Shown here: in pieces, positions 1-11,850 of the stretch
How the letters are laid out: every line of letters begins with the position of its first letter
How positions within the stretch are numbered: the first letter of the stretch is position 1
Assembly: GCF_006345805.1 (NCBI RefSeq)
Contig: NC_042997.1
Location: 50,530,001 to 50,594,000, forward strand
DNA: 64,000 nt
Direction of reading: 5' to 3'
Source: Octopus sinensis
Taxonomy: Eukaryota
Notes under the pieces: generated by a model
The model's database searches: none
Told to the model about the DNA's origin: nothing
Seen by the model: the letters and a program-made list of their open reading frames with translations, nothing else
Made by a program: the position numbers and the translations under genes

Positions 1-2629
1 AACGAGTGGAGGGCAAGAACGTAGGGTGGACTTCAGTGCCTACCTACTAGTAGCCTACCACGACTCTCGACAAGAAAGGCAGGTGCTGCGAAGGTGCCAT
101 CACGGCGGCGGAAGTGCGGGAAGCGATGGCAGAATGCTCGAAGGACAAATCACCGGGTTTGGATGGTCTACCCTACGAGCTTTACAATTGTATGCAGACT
201 TGTTTGGAGATCTCTTGGCGGCGGTGTACTGCAACTGGCAGCAAAACGGGAGCATTCCTGGTTTTGTGAGCCGAGGAGCCGTAACACTGCTGAAGAAAGA
301 TCTAAACAAGGGAAATGTAATAGATAACTTTAGGCCCATCACTCTGCTTAATGCAGACTTGAAAATTTTGGCCAAGGTGCTAGCCAAGAGGTTGGCGCTT
401 GTCATCGAGAAACTGGTCGACAAGGCGCAAACATGCGCGCCGTGCCAGGCCGGACCATCCATGACAACTCCATCTGATGCGCTACATCATAGACAGGGTA
501 GTTAACGACCTGGCATGGGTGGGGCCTGATCAACTTGGATCAATCAAAAGCCTTTTGATAGGGTAGACCATCGATACTTGGAGGCAGTCCTGAGAGCGGC
601 TGGTTTCGGTCCCGTCTTCCGCGGCTGGATAGCTGCCTTGTACAGAGGCATCCGTTCGGTAATTCGCGTAAATGGACATCTATCGACCTTTCGACATTGC
701 ACTTCGGTCCGTCAGGATGCCCCCTCTCGGCGCTTCTATACGTATTGACTCTTGAGCCACTACTGCGGAAGCTGGCGACTCTAAGGGGCATCCCGCGAGA
801 ATTGGGATGCGGACGAGCGTGTCTGCATACGCGGACGACGTCACCGTCATAGTGTCTAGCCACGAGCACATCGAGCTGGTCGGCGAGACACTGAAAAACT
901 ACGAAGCGGTGACAGGAGCGAAAATCAACCGGGAAAAGTCAGTGGCTTGCGACTAGGCACCTGGAGAAGCAAGCCATGCCGTCCACCAGCGCCTCCGTCG
1001 TGGGACGCTGGACCGACGGCCCGGTTGAGTTGCTCGGGGTCTGGTTTGGTCCGGACCTCCAAGTGGAGAAGAACTGGAACGAGATAACGAGTAGGGGGTT
1101 CACTCTCGCCCGGCAATGGGCCGAGAGGAAACTGTCCCTAAAAGGTCGAGCGGAGGTGGCGAACACGTACATCGCGTCCGTCATCTACTACCGCCTGACC
1201 GTCGTACCTTGTCCCGACCCTACCATCACCCAACTACAACGCATCCTCTTTCGCGCTTCTTGTGGAAAGATGCGTCCCGATGGTCAGGCGATCCATTTGC
1301 TGTCAACACCCGTTAAAAGGAGGGCTGGGCATGCCGTGGTTGATGATGCGCAGACACGCGCTGAGACTGCGACATCTCTGGCTCTATGTAGACGACGGTG
1401 AACAGGTGTGGTCGCCGTTTGTGAGGCACGCTTTCCTGCAGCTCGTCTCCATGACCGAACTGCAGTCGTGGATCAAAAAGAGGCCGAGGAAGGGCGAATG
1501 GCACCGCGAGTGTCGCGTTGCTCTCAAGCAACTCTGCCGTCCTGGGTCGACCTTAAGTGACTTCAACACAACCAAAGCATTCTATAGGGGTTTAGTGGAG
1601 GGGGGTACGACGACGAGCTCGGGGCGAACCTGGACCTGCGTCGACGAGGAGTACCTGACCCGCCTGTTCGGGACGACTTTCGGGCCAGGGCCCATGGACA
1701 ACTTCCAGAGATCCCTGCCTGGCAGTGCTACCGAGAAGCGCTACCCGTTCGGGATAAGCTCTACAGACACGGCTCGAGAAACACGGGGCCGACCTGCCCG
1801 AGATGCGGTCAGAGCGACGAAAAACCGTTCTGCACGCACTCGTTCAGTGTCCAACAATTTCCGACCTGTGGGCTTATGTCGAACAACTGCTGTCACGTGT
1901 GGGACGAGTCGGTTTATCAGCTGAGTCTATCGTCAATATTGTCACGCCTCCTTCCTTCAAACGGGAAGGAAGAGCTATTTTCATCATCATTGTGGCTATG
2001 GCGAAAGAATGTATCTGTGGTGGACGCGTCTGAAAGGATTGGAGACAAACACCTTCCTCTCTGGTCAATCTCTCATCAACTTCTTCAAGTACCACTTGAA
2101 AAGGAAAGTGAGAGTAGAGAGGCAAGTTTTTTGTCTAGCGAATGTTTTAAAAAAAGATGGGTGAATGTAGCAAGAATGGCACGTATGAATGACGAAGCCA
2201 CCTTGAGCATAGTCCTATGAACCCAGAAATCGAAAACAGAGAGTTGCTTATTTGCAAAAAAAAAAAAAAAAAAAAAAGAATATAAAATGTGACTTCATCA
2301 TGACGAGGTTACCGTGGTCTTTTCCGCAGGCTTTTCTTTCCACGGGTAAACCTCACCTGTCTCCCTTTACACTTCATATTGACATTTCTGTGATAACGAT
2401 CCCTATTGATCATTTTTTTTTCCTCTCTCCCCCCCCCTTTTTTTTTTTTTTTTTTTTTAACCCCCCTTATTTTTGTCCTCTTTTTCTCTCCTTTTACGAT
2501 CCCTTTTGATCGAACCTCCCCCCTCCTTTTTTTTTTTTTTTTTTTTTAATACCTTCAAAAGAAAAGCTCTACCTTGTAATTTGTTCTATCTGTGTGCAGG
2601 CCCTGTGTGGCTAATAAAGAAACATATTT

Positions 2630-2630
<1 letters not shown>
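1..2630 (+). mobile_element. Tx1-like (L1 clade) LINE, copy A: 3' half of ORF2 plus 3' UTR; continues upstream of the window
   Basis: Frameshifted RT motifs NFRPITLLNADLKILAKVLAKRL, LDQSKAFDRVDH, RQ(G)CPLS, AYADDVTVIV (~826-850); C-terminal CPRC..H..QC knuckle; ORF ends at TGA ~2220; 3' UTR with AATAAA ~2612, then (CTAT)n. Confidence 0.93.
26..2220 (+). pseudogene. ORF2 (reverse transcriptase + C-terminal zinc knuckle) of Tx1 copy A, multiple frameshifts
   Basis: ORF-track fragments 26..505, 976..1401, 1262..1924, 1803..2033 and 1876..2220 are colinear with ORF2 of copy C. Confidence 0.9.
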
Positions 2631-2673
<43 letters not shown>

Positions 2674-2685
2674 ATTTCTATCTAG
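2631..2685. repeat. (CTAT)n microsatellite at the 3' end of Tx1 copy A
   Basis: Direct reading. Confidence 0.97.
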
Positions 2686-3344
2686 CTGCACACACATTTA
2701 TACACATATTCATAAACAGACATACTTTTTTTTATAGATATCAGTGAAGTCGAGGCAGATAATGTTATAATTAAAATGGTGCAAAGATTTGGTTAAAAAC
2801 CCATTTTCATAGAAGGTTACCCATGGGGCACAAACCTACATCTTCTGTAAACATGAAGCTGCTTCGAGTTTCACCGTTGCAAAAAAAAAAAGCGAAAAGT
2901 AGGCATTATTTCACGTTCCCTCGAAGTTTCTGTATTCATGTGACGTCAGCACACTCGCACGTACACATGCACGTACGCATACGCACGCACACACACACAC
3001 ACAACAACACACACACACACACACACACACACACCACACACCACACCAACACACACACACACACCACACATATAATATATATATACATATATATAATATA
3101 TATTATACACTACATATACAACTATCAATCAAGTTCCTGAAGTAGAAGTGCAGGAAATAATTAGTAAAACAATAGGAATGAAACGTCGCATTAAATTCAA
3201 GTTTTTATTTTATCATTTATTTTCGTTATTTTCTTCATTAAGGTTAAAATCAATGGGAAATTATTCTTTGAAGGATGATTGGAGGTGGAGAAATTATCAC
3301 GAAATAATACTTTAGATTGGCTTTATCGATCGACCGAGCGGTCG

Positions 3345-3464
3345 ATCGATAGATGAATATATAGATAGATGGATGGAAAGATAGATTGATAGTTAGCTAG
3401 ATAGACAGACAGACAGACAGAGAGATAGATAGATAGATAGATAGAAGATAGAGAAGATAGATAA

Positions 3465-3499
<35 letters not shown>

Positions 3500-3537
3500 T
3501 AGATAGATGATAGATAGATAGATAGATAGATAGATAT
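3345..3537. repeat. Degenerate (GATA)n microsatellite at the 3' end of Tx1 copy B
   Basis: Direct reading; some GACA variants. Confidence 0.95.
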
Positions 3538-4756
3538 GTTTCTTTATTAGCACACAGGGCTGCACACAGATAGAACAAATTACAAGGTAGAGCTTCTTTT
3601 GAAGGTTTAAAAAAAAAAAAAAAAAAAAAAAAAAGGAAAGGGGAGTTTCGATCAAAAGGGATCGTAAAAGGAGAGAAAGAGGACAAAAAAAAGGGGGGGG
3701 GGGTTGGTTAAAAAAAAAAAAAAAAAAAAAAAAAGGGGGGAGAGGAAAAAAATTGAATCAATTGGTCAATAGGGATCGTATCACAGAAATGTCAATATGA
3801 AGTGTAAAAGGGGAGGACAGGTGAGGTTTACCCGTGGAAAGAAAAGCCTACGGAAAAGACCACGGTAACCTCGGTCAATGAAGTCACATTTTATATTCTT
3901 TTTTTTTTTTTTTTTTTTTTGCAAATAAGCAACTCTCTGTTTTCGATTTCTGGGTTCATAGACTATGCTCAAGGTGGCTTCGTCATCATACGTGCCATTC
4001 TTGCTACATTCACCCATCTTTTTTTAAAACATTCGCTAGACAAAACTTGCCTCTCTACTCTCACTCTCCTTTTCAAGTGGTACTTGAAGAAGTTGATGAG
4101 AGATTGACCAGAGAGGAAAGTGTTTGTCTCCAATCCTTTCAGACGCGTCCACCAGATACATTCTTTCGCCATAGCCACAAGGATGATGAAAATAGCTCTT
4201 CCTTCCCGTTTGAAGGAAGGAGGCGTGACAATATTGACGATAGACTCAGCTGATAAACCGACTCGTCCACACGTGACAGCAGTTGTTCGACATAAGCCCA
4301 CAGGTCGGAAATTGTTGGACACTGAACGAGTGCGTGCAGAACGGTTTCGTCGCTCTGACCGCATCTCGGGCAGGTCGGCCCCGTGTTTCTCGAGCCGTGT
4401 CTGTAGAGCTTATCCCGAACGGGTAGCGCTTCTCGGTAGCACTGCCAGGCCAGGGATCTCTGGAAGTTGTCCATGGGCCCTGGCCCGAAAGTCGTCCCGA
4501 ACAGGCGGGTCAGGTACTCCTCGTCGACGTCCAGGTTCGCCCCGAGCTCGTCGTCGTACCTCCCCTCCACTAAACCCCTATAGAATGCTTTGGTTGTGTT
4601 GAAGTCACTTAAGGTCGACCCAGGACGGCAGAGTTGCTTGAGAGCAACGCGACACTCGCGGTGCCATTCGCCCTTCCTCGGCCTCTTTTGATCCACGACT
4701 GCAGTTCGGTCATGGAGACGAGCTGCGGAGAAGAGGAAAGCGTGCCTAACAACGGC
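3538..4756 (-). mobile_element. Tx1-like LINE copy B, 5'-truncated, same subfamily as copy A
   Basis: Reverse complement of ~1424-2630; ORF 4139..4810 has TCPRCGQSDETVLHALVQCP; the truncated 5' end joins directly to (AGAT)n at 4757. Confidence 0.95.
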
Positions 4757-4791
4757 AGATAGATAGATAGATAGATAGATAGTAGATAGAT
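4757..4791. repeat. (AGAT)n tract between Tx1 copies B and C
   Basis: Direct reading. Confidence 0.97.
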
Positions 4792-5094
4792 AACTTCTTT
4801 TATTAGCCACACAGGGCTGAATACAGAGGGGACAAATACAAATGCAGAGCTTTTCTTTTCGAGGGTGGAAAAAAAAGAAAATAAATGTAAGATTGCGATC
4901 AAAAGGGATCGAGAGAGGAAGAAAAAAAAGAAAAGAAATCGTTGTATCACAGAAATAATGATAAAAACATTGATTAAAACAAGATTGGGTTCATCCGTGG
5001 GAAGAAAAGCCTACAGAAAAGACCACGGGAAACTCAGTCAGGGAGGAAATAACCACATGAGATCAAAATGCTCTCTTTCTTTCTTTTTTACGAT

Positions 5095-8000
5095 CTACAG
5101 GATCATGCTCAAAATGGTTTGTCACTCGCAACGCACCATCTTTGCAACATTCACCCATCTTTTTTTGAATCTTTCGCGAGACAAAACTTCCCTCTCCATT
5201 CTCACCTTCCTTTTCAAGTGGTACTTGAAAAAGTTGATGAGCGATTGGCCAGAGAGGTAAGTGTTTGTCTCTAATCCTTTCGCTCGGGTCCACCACACAC
5301 ATTCTTCACCATGGCCACCAGTACGATGAAAACTGCCTTGCCTTCCCGGTTGAGGGAAGGCGGCGAGCAATTCTGACGATAGACTCGGCCGATAGGCGGA
5401 TTCATCCCACACGTGACAGCAGCCGTTCGGCAAGCCCACAGGTCTGAAATGGTTGGACATTGCACGAGTGCGTGCAGAACGGTTTCGTCGCTCTGACCGC
5501 ATCTCGGGCAAGTCGGTCCAGTGTGTCTGGAACCGTGTCTGTAAAGCTTATCCCGAACAGGTAATGCTTCTCGATAGCACTGCCAGGCCAGGGATCTTTG
5601 GTGATTGTTCATATGTCCCGGCCCGAAAGTTGTCCTGAACAGGCGGGTCAGGTGTTCCTCGTCGACGCCCAGACTCTGCCCGAGTTCGTCGTCGCACCTC
5701 CCCTCCACTAATCCTCTATAGAATGTCTTTGTTGTGATGGAGTCGCACAAGTTCGATCACGGACGGCAGAGTTGCTTGAGAGCAACGCGACACTCGCGGT
5801 GCCATTCGCCTAGCCTCGGTCTCTGCTTGATCCATGACTGTAGTTCGTCCAAGGAGACGAGCTGCGGGAAAGCGCGCCGCACAAAAGGCGACCACACCTG
5901 TTCACCGTCGTCTATGAAGCGCCGGAGATGTCGCAGTCTCAGCGCATGTCTGCGCATCATCAACCACGGCATGCCCAGCCCTCCATTTAGCGGGTGTTGA
6001 CAGCAAATGGATCGCCTAACCATCGGAACGTTCCCTTCCACAAGAAGCGGAAGAGTATACGTTCCAGTTTGGTGATGGTAGGGTCGGGACAAGACACGAC
6101 GGTCAGACGATACTCGATGACGGATGCGATGTACGCGTTCGCCACCTTCGCCCGACCTTTTAGGGATAGCTTTCTCTCAGCCCATTTCTGGGTGAGAGTA
6201 GCCACCCTAGTCGTTATCTCGCCCCAGTTCTTCTCCATTTGGAGGTCCGGACCGAACCAGACCCCGAGCAATTTAACCGGTCCGTCCGTCCAGATGGAGA
6301 CGGTGTTGGACGGCATGGGCCTGCTTCTCCAGGTGCCGAGCCGCAAGCCCACTGACTTTTCCCGGTTAATTTTTGCTCCCGTTACCGCTTCGTATTCTTT
6401 TAGTGTCTCGCCGACCAGCTCGATGTGCTCGTAGCTCGATACTATGATGGTGACGTCATCCGCGTATGCATACAGGCTCCTCCCGCATCCCAGCTCTCGT
6501 GGGATGCCCCTCAGCGTCGCCAGTTTCCGCAGTAGTGGCTCAAGAGTCAATACATACAGCAGCGATGAGAGGGGGCATCCCTGACGAACCGAACGCATGA
6601 TGTTAAAAGGTCTGGATAGATGACCATTTACGCGAACTATTGAGCGGATGCCGCTGTATAAGGCAGCGATCCAACCACAGAAAACTGGACCGAAACCAGC
6701 CGCTTTAAGGACAGCCTCTAAGTAGTAATGGTCTACCCTATCGAAAGCTTTTGATTGATCCAAATTGATCAGCGCCCCACCCATGCCAGGATTCTTAACT
6801 ACCCTGTCTATGATGTAGCGCATCAGATGGAGGTTGTCATGAATACTTCTACCCGGCACGGCGCATGTTTGCGCCTTGTCGATTAGTTTCTTGAAGACAA
6901 GCGCCAACCTCTCGGCTAACACCTTGGACAAAATTTTCAAATCTACGTTGAGCAGAGTGATGGGCCTGAAATTATCTATGACGTCCCCTTGTTTTGGTCT
7001 TTCTTAATCAGTGCCACTGCTCCTCGCTTTACAAAAGCAGGAATACTCCCGTTTTGCTGCCAGTTGCAGTAGACAGCTGCCAAGACGCCTCCAAATAAGT
7101 CTGGCATATGAAAATAAAGTTCGTAGGGCAGACCATCCAAGCCTGGTGACTTGTCTCTCGCGCAGCTACCATCGCATCCTGTACGTCCGCAGCTGTGATA
7201 GGCCTTTCACAAGACTCCACCTCTCTTGCTGAGAGTCGTGGCAAGGCATGCAGGTAGGCACTAAAGTCCACTCTGCGTTCTGACCCACCACTTGTCCCAA
7301 ACAGTTGGGTGAAGTGTTGTTGAAAAGCCCCACACATCCTTTTAGGCTCGAGCAATTCGCGCCCCTGTTCATCTATAAGAGACTTGATGGTGGCTCTGTT
7401 GCCTCGTTGCGTCTCCACCACTCGGGCCTCTTGGGCGGCTCCAACTCTTTCGTTCCTCAGAGCACGCATCCTAGCTCTGACAACGCATCCCTCGTGTTTG
7501 GCGTTGAGGTGTTGGTCGAGGGCCAATCTCGCCGCCAGCACGTTGGACGCGATGCCAGTTCTAAGTGCCTCTTCTAAAACCTTAACTAATTCTCCCTCTA
7601 TTCTATTTCGGTCTAATGCTAGGGCTTTACTGTATCTGACTGATTCTGCTTTAATTGCTTTTTTAGGGCATACCACCATCTGTTGTTGATGATGGTACCC
7701 GTCAAAGCTCTCTTAACTAATGTGCTGATCCGGTCCCTGTAAACCTGTCGTGCTGTAAAAGACGCGTTCAGTTTCCAGTAACCAGGACCCTGCCTATGTG
7801 TCTTATCTAAGTCAAGTGTACAAGTCACAAACTTGTGATCTGTGTAACTGACTATATGAAATTGTGGACAACCTACACTATTTTTATCTATTGTCCTACA
7901 GAATACTCTATCTAAGTATGATCTGGACGACCCGATGCGGTTACTCCATGTCCACATTGGCACATTCGGGTGGTCCAGTCGGTACCTGTCAGACAGTTGG

Positions 8001-8518
8001 AAACGTCTGAGCAGGTCTTTGAGGCATTTGCATCCCCTTCTATTGCTATCTCTGCCCACTAGTGAGTCTAGATGCGTGTCAGGGTGGCATTCCAATCCCC
8101 CACTAAAAGTAAAGGACGAGACGTTCCCATGAAAGACTCTAGACGTCGAAAGAAATCTGGTCGGCCTGTTAAGTACGGAGCATAAACTGCTATCAGTCGA
8201 AAAGCACACTCATTGCTGTCATCGACATCCAAAACGACCAGCCTACCCTCCGGGTCTAGGAAAATTGCTCTTACTTTGAGATCCAGACTCTTCCGGAGAA
8301 GCACCGCGGTGTCACCTCCGCCCATTCTCGGTAGACATGGAGAAAAGATAAATGTTGAAATGTGTACCGAAACTGTGCTGGAGTGCCCGCAAGCTGTGGA
8401 GTCTGGTCTCACTGATGGCTATGATATTCAGATTTAGTGACTTGATGTCATTTAACAGGTAGCCTTGTTTCCAAGGCGATCCCAAGCCACGTACATTTAT
8501 ACTGCCTATTCTGAGCAT
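5095..8518 (-). pseudogene. ORF2 of Tx1 copy C: APE endonuclease + RT + C-terminal zinc knuckle, frameshifted
   Basis: EN: MLRIGSINVRGL, ISETR, VGDWNA, YLDRVF, YTDHKF. RT: LDQSKAFDRVDH, VRQGCPLSSLLY, YAYADDVTII. C-term: TCPRCGQSDETVLHALVQC. Stop TAG at 5095-5097. Confidence 0.92.
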
Positions 8519-8586
8519 GTTCCGATAAAAAATTGTGTTTTACACACGAAAAGAAAGTGCAAAAAAGGAAAGAGAGAGAGAAAAGG

Positions 8587-10682
8587 TTACTTGTTGTTTG
8601 AAAGTCCTTTGTTTTTCACCTCACAGTCTTCTTCCATGAGGTTTTTGTATAGTTTCTTTGATGAATACTTTTGAAATCTCCCTACTGCATCAGGGTAAAG
8701 AGATTTCAGGGTGTTGTATGTGTTCTGTGTTACGTGTATTATTTTAATGTTGTTGTGGTGGTGTTGTGCGTGGGTGGTTATTTGTTTTTATGTCGTTTTC
8801 AGTTATGTTGGTGTTTGACCTAATGTGTTCCATTAGGTCGTGGTTGTTTGTGTTTATGGCTGTCAACATTGTTGGGGGGCTTGATGATGGTGTGTTTGTG
8901 TTGATGTGTTTGTTTTCTGTGGATGTTTTGTTTCGGGAGTGGTGATCTTCCTGCTTTGTTTGTTATCTTTTCTTTTCTTTTTTTCCCCCCTTTTTTCTCT
9001 CCCCCCCCCTGTGGCTATTTGCCATCTTCTGTGTCTTCTTCGTCTAATGACAAATCAGAAGAATCAGAGCTTGGAAGAGGGAAAATATTGGGGTCTATTG
9101 TAGACTGTGTTGATTTTGTTGTTGGTGTTGGTTGGTGAGCGTTAGGTTGTGGTGTATGCGGTTTTGGAGGTGTGGGTGTGGGTATTTTGTGTTTGAGTGA
9201 TTGTAGGTATTGTTGTGTTGTTTGGGGTGTCAATTTTGTGGGGATTTAAGAGTAATTGTTTCTTCATTTCGATGAGTGTCTTTTGGAAGATGTCCTTGGT
9301 TTAGGAGTTGGTTTATTCTTGGTTGTTGTTGTTGGTGGTGTTGCTTCTGTTCTTGGTGCAGTTGGTGTGGTTGTTTGGTTGGTGAGGTTTGTTTTTTGTT
9401 GATTTTCTGTGATTAGTCCTGTTCGTGCAAAACGTGGTGTGGGTAGTAAAGCTGGTTTATTTGTTTTTTCCGGCTGCTGTTGTTGTTGCTGTTGTTTTCT
9501 TGTGGCAGATTTGCAATATTTTTTTAGGTGTTGCTCACTGCCGCATATGTAGCAACGTGGTCTTCTGCCATCGACGACCACATACAACTTGTGGTCTTCT
9601 GATACACATATCTGGGTGGGTATTTTCTTTATGTCCTCTTGGTTTATATGTAGTAGAAATTCTACTTTTTTTCCCACCCAGTTTTTGTGCTCCGTGACCG
9701 TGGTTTCTAAAATTGTGAAATCATCCATTTTCACACATAAGGCCTTTACTAGCCATAGATTGTTAGCTATTTTTGGGACATTGTTTAAAATGATCTTAGT
9801 CACTTTCTGTCCACGATAGCTTGGTGTTAGTTGAAGTTCATCTGAATGAAGAGTTAGCGTTGAGAAACGTCTTGCTAACTCTTCAGTGTGGAATACCACT
9901 TGTATGTGTGCGAACTTGTTCCACCAGGTCACATACTCTTTGTAGTTCCAGATGGGTTTCAATTTTTTTCGATTTTGCTTGTGTTAGCCTTCTCTGGACT
10001 TTTTGTTTTCTTATTAATTATTTTATATATAATTGTTCTTTTTTTTCATCTTCTAATATTTCTTGTGGTATGTTTATTTTTACTATACCATCTACTTCCG
10101 TTATTAAAATGTTCGTGTCTTTTATTTGTTGTGCAGTAAAACATACTGTTGTCCTTTTTTCTTTTATCGCCTCGGCGAAATTTGTTGTTTTTTTGTTATT
10201 GTTGTTGCTGGTGGTGATGTTGTTGTTGGCTGCAGTTGGTAAAATCGGTGTATTTGGTTTGATTGTGCAAGTAGGAAGGGGTGGAAAATTACTTGCATAG
10301 TTTATCCCTGTATTCGAGCAGCTTTTGTCAATTTGTTTGGTGGTCACAGTCTTTTGTTTATTCCTTCAGTTCTTGTTGTTGGAGGAGACAAGGTCTGAAC
10401 GGATTGTTGTTGTTGTTATTGTTGTTGTTTTGTTGTTGTGGGCGGTGTGTCAGTGGCAGAAGAGACAGCCGTGGCAGCAGATGTCGAAATGGTGGCGCAA
10501 ATGTTATTATTCTTGTTGTCATTGTTATTGTTGTTGTCGTTGGTAGTTGAGGTAGTGGATGAGGTGGTGGTGGTGGTGGTGGATGAGGCGGTGGTGGTAG
10601 CAGTAGTAGTCTTGTTGTTGTTGTTGTTAGTGGTGGTGGTGACAGTGCTGTTATCGCAAGTGGTTGCAGCGTTCACTGCCAT
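8587..10682 (-). pseudogene. ORF1 (gag-like, CCHC zinc knuckle) of Tx1 copy C, frameshifted
   Basis: Fragments 10416..10682, 10018..10347, 9264..9962 (VVVDGRRPRCYICGSEQHLKKYC), 9015..9233; last segment ends ...KNKGLSNNK* at 8587. Confidence 0.8.
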
Positions 10683-10987
10683 GTCATTTAGGTTTGCACT
10701 TGGCGTGCATGTGTTCTTTTTTCCTCTCCTAGCGTTTCCAGACTAGGAGAATGTTGGTCGATAAAGGAACGCGACCAGCGTTCTACAATACAATTTCTCG
10801 ACATTTTCGAAATGTCGAGAAAAAATGACACAAATTAAATAGGGTTGAAACTGCCCCTAGGGGCGAATTCCTCCCTTGGAAAAGCACTCAAACGAAAGTT
10901 GGGTGCCTTACACACCTTATTTACAAAAATGTACACAAAAATTGGGCTATAAATAGTCAAAATAAAGGATTACCTTCGGAGCCGAGG

Positions 10988-11054
<67 letters not shown>
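10988..11054. repeat. (GATA)n tract at the 5' end of Tx1 copy C
   Basis: Direct reading. Confidence 0.97.
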
Positions 11055-11194
11055 CTATGGTGGTAGTAAATGAGAGTTGAACGAAAAGGATGGAGCGCGA
11101 GGCAGTTAATTGTATGTTCCCGTTAATTTCATTCTGAATATTAATTCACATTCAAAATGCGAACGCTTAGTTCTCGTCCTCCTCATCGTGGCTG

Positions 11195-11470
11195 TCGTCG
11201 TCATCAACATCATCTTCGTCTCCATCGTCGTCGTCGTCGTCGTCATGGTCCTCCGTTGTCATCAATGTTTTTGCCCTTCTTACCTGCGCCATTTCAAAGT
11301 CTTTGTGACGAACGTTGTAATTGCCATTGCTTCCTCATCCTCCTCCTCACTGCACTTTGCTTTCACATTATCGTCAGTATCATCATCATCATCATCATCA
11401 TCATCGTCGTCGTCGTCGTCGTCGTCATCATCATCATCATCATCATCATCGTCGTCGTCGTCGGTCGTCG

Positions 11471-11505
<35 letters not shown>

Positions 11506-11545
11506 GTCGTCGTCGTCATCATCATCATCATCATCATCATCATCG

Positions 11546-11579
<34 letters not shown>

Positions 11580-11620
11580 CGTCGCCGTCATCATCGTCGT
11601 TGTCGTCATCGTCAGCGTTC
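11195..11620. repeat. Mosaic (ATC)n/(GTC)n trinucleotide array
   Basis: Direct reading; produces spurious poly-S/I/V/H/D ORFs. Confidence 0.95.
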
Positions 11621-11649
11621 TCCTCCTACAACTATTCTTCCACAAGTAG

Positions 11650-11850
11650 CACGTCCGTCAGACAAAATGCTGTCATTCCGACTCGTTACGTTCTGAGTTC
11701 AAATTCCGCCGAGGTCGACTTTACCATTCATCTTTTCGGATGGATAAAATGAAGTGCCAGTCAAATACTAGAGTTAATATATTCAAGTATCCCCTTCTCC
11801 TTAAAATTGCTGGCCTTGTGCAAAAATTTAAAGGGATTATTATTATTATT
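11650..11850 (+). mobile_element. SINE, family 1 (core TTACGTTCTGAGTTCAAATTCCGCCGAGGTCGACTTT..CATC.TTTCGG), ending in an (ATT)n tail
   Basis: Matches more than 15 other copies in the window; B-box-like GAGTTCAAATTC. Confidence 0.8.

Larger units (their letters stand above)
4793..10987 (-). mobile_element. Full-length (~6.2 kb) Tx1-like LINE copy C: structured 5' UTR, ORF1, ORF2, 3' UTR; (GATA)n on both sides
   Basis: Two-ORF layout; APE endonuclease, RT and C-terminal knuckle; GATA tracts at 4757-4791 and 10988-11054. Confidence 0.93.

Noticed and set aside
11110-11752. Long ORFs in several frames (poly-S/I/V/H/R/D)
   Set aside because: Translations of an (ATC/GTC)n microsatellite; the same applies to ORFs over (TA)n, (ATT)n, (GA)n, (CA)n and (TATC)n tracts elsewhere.
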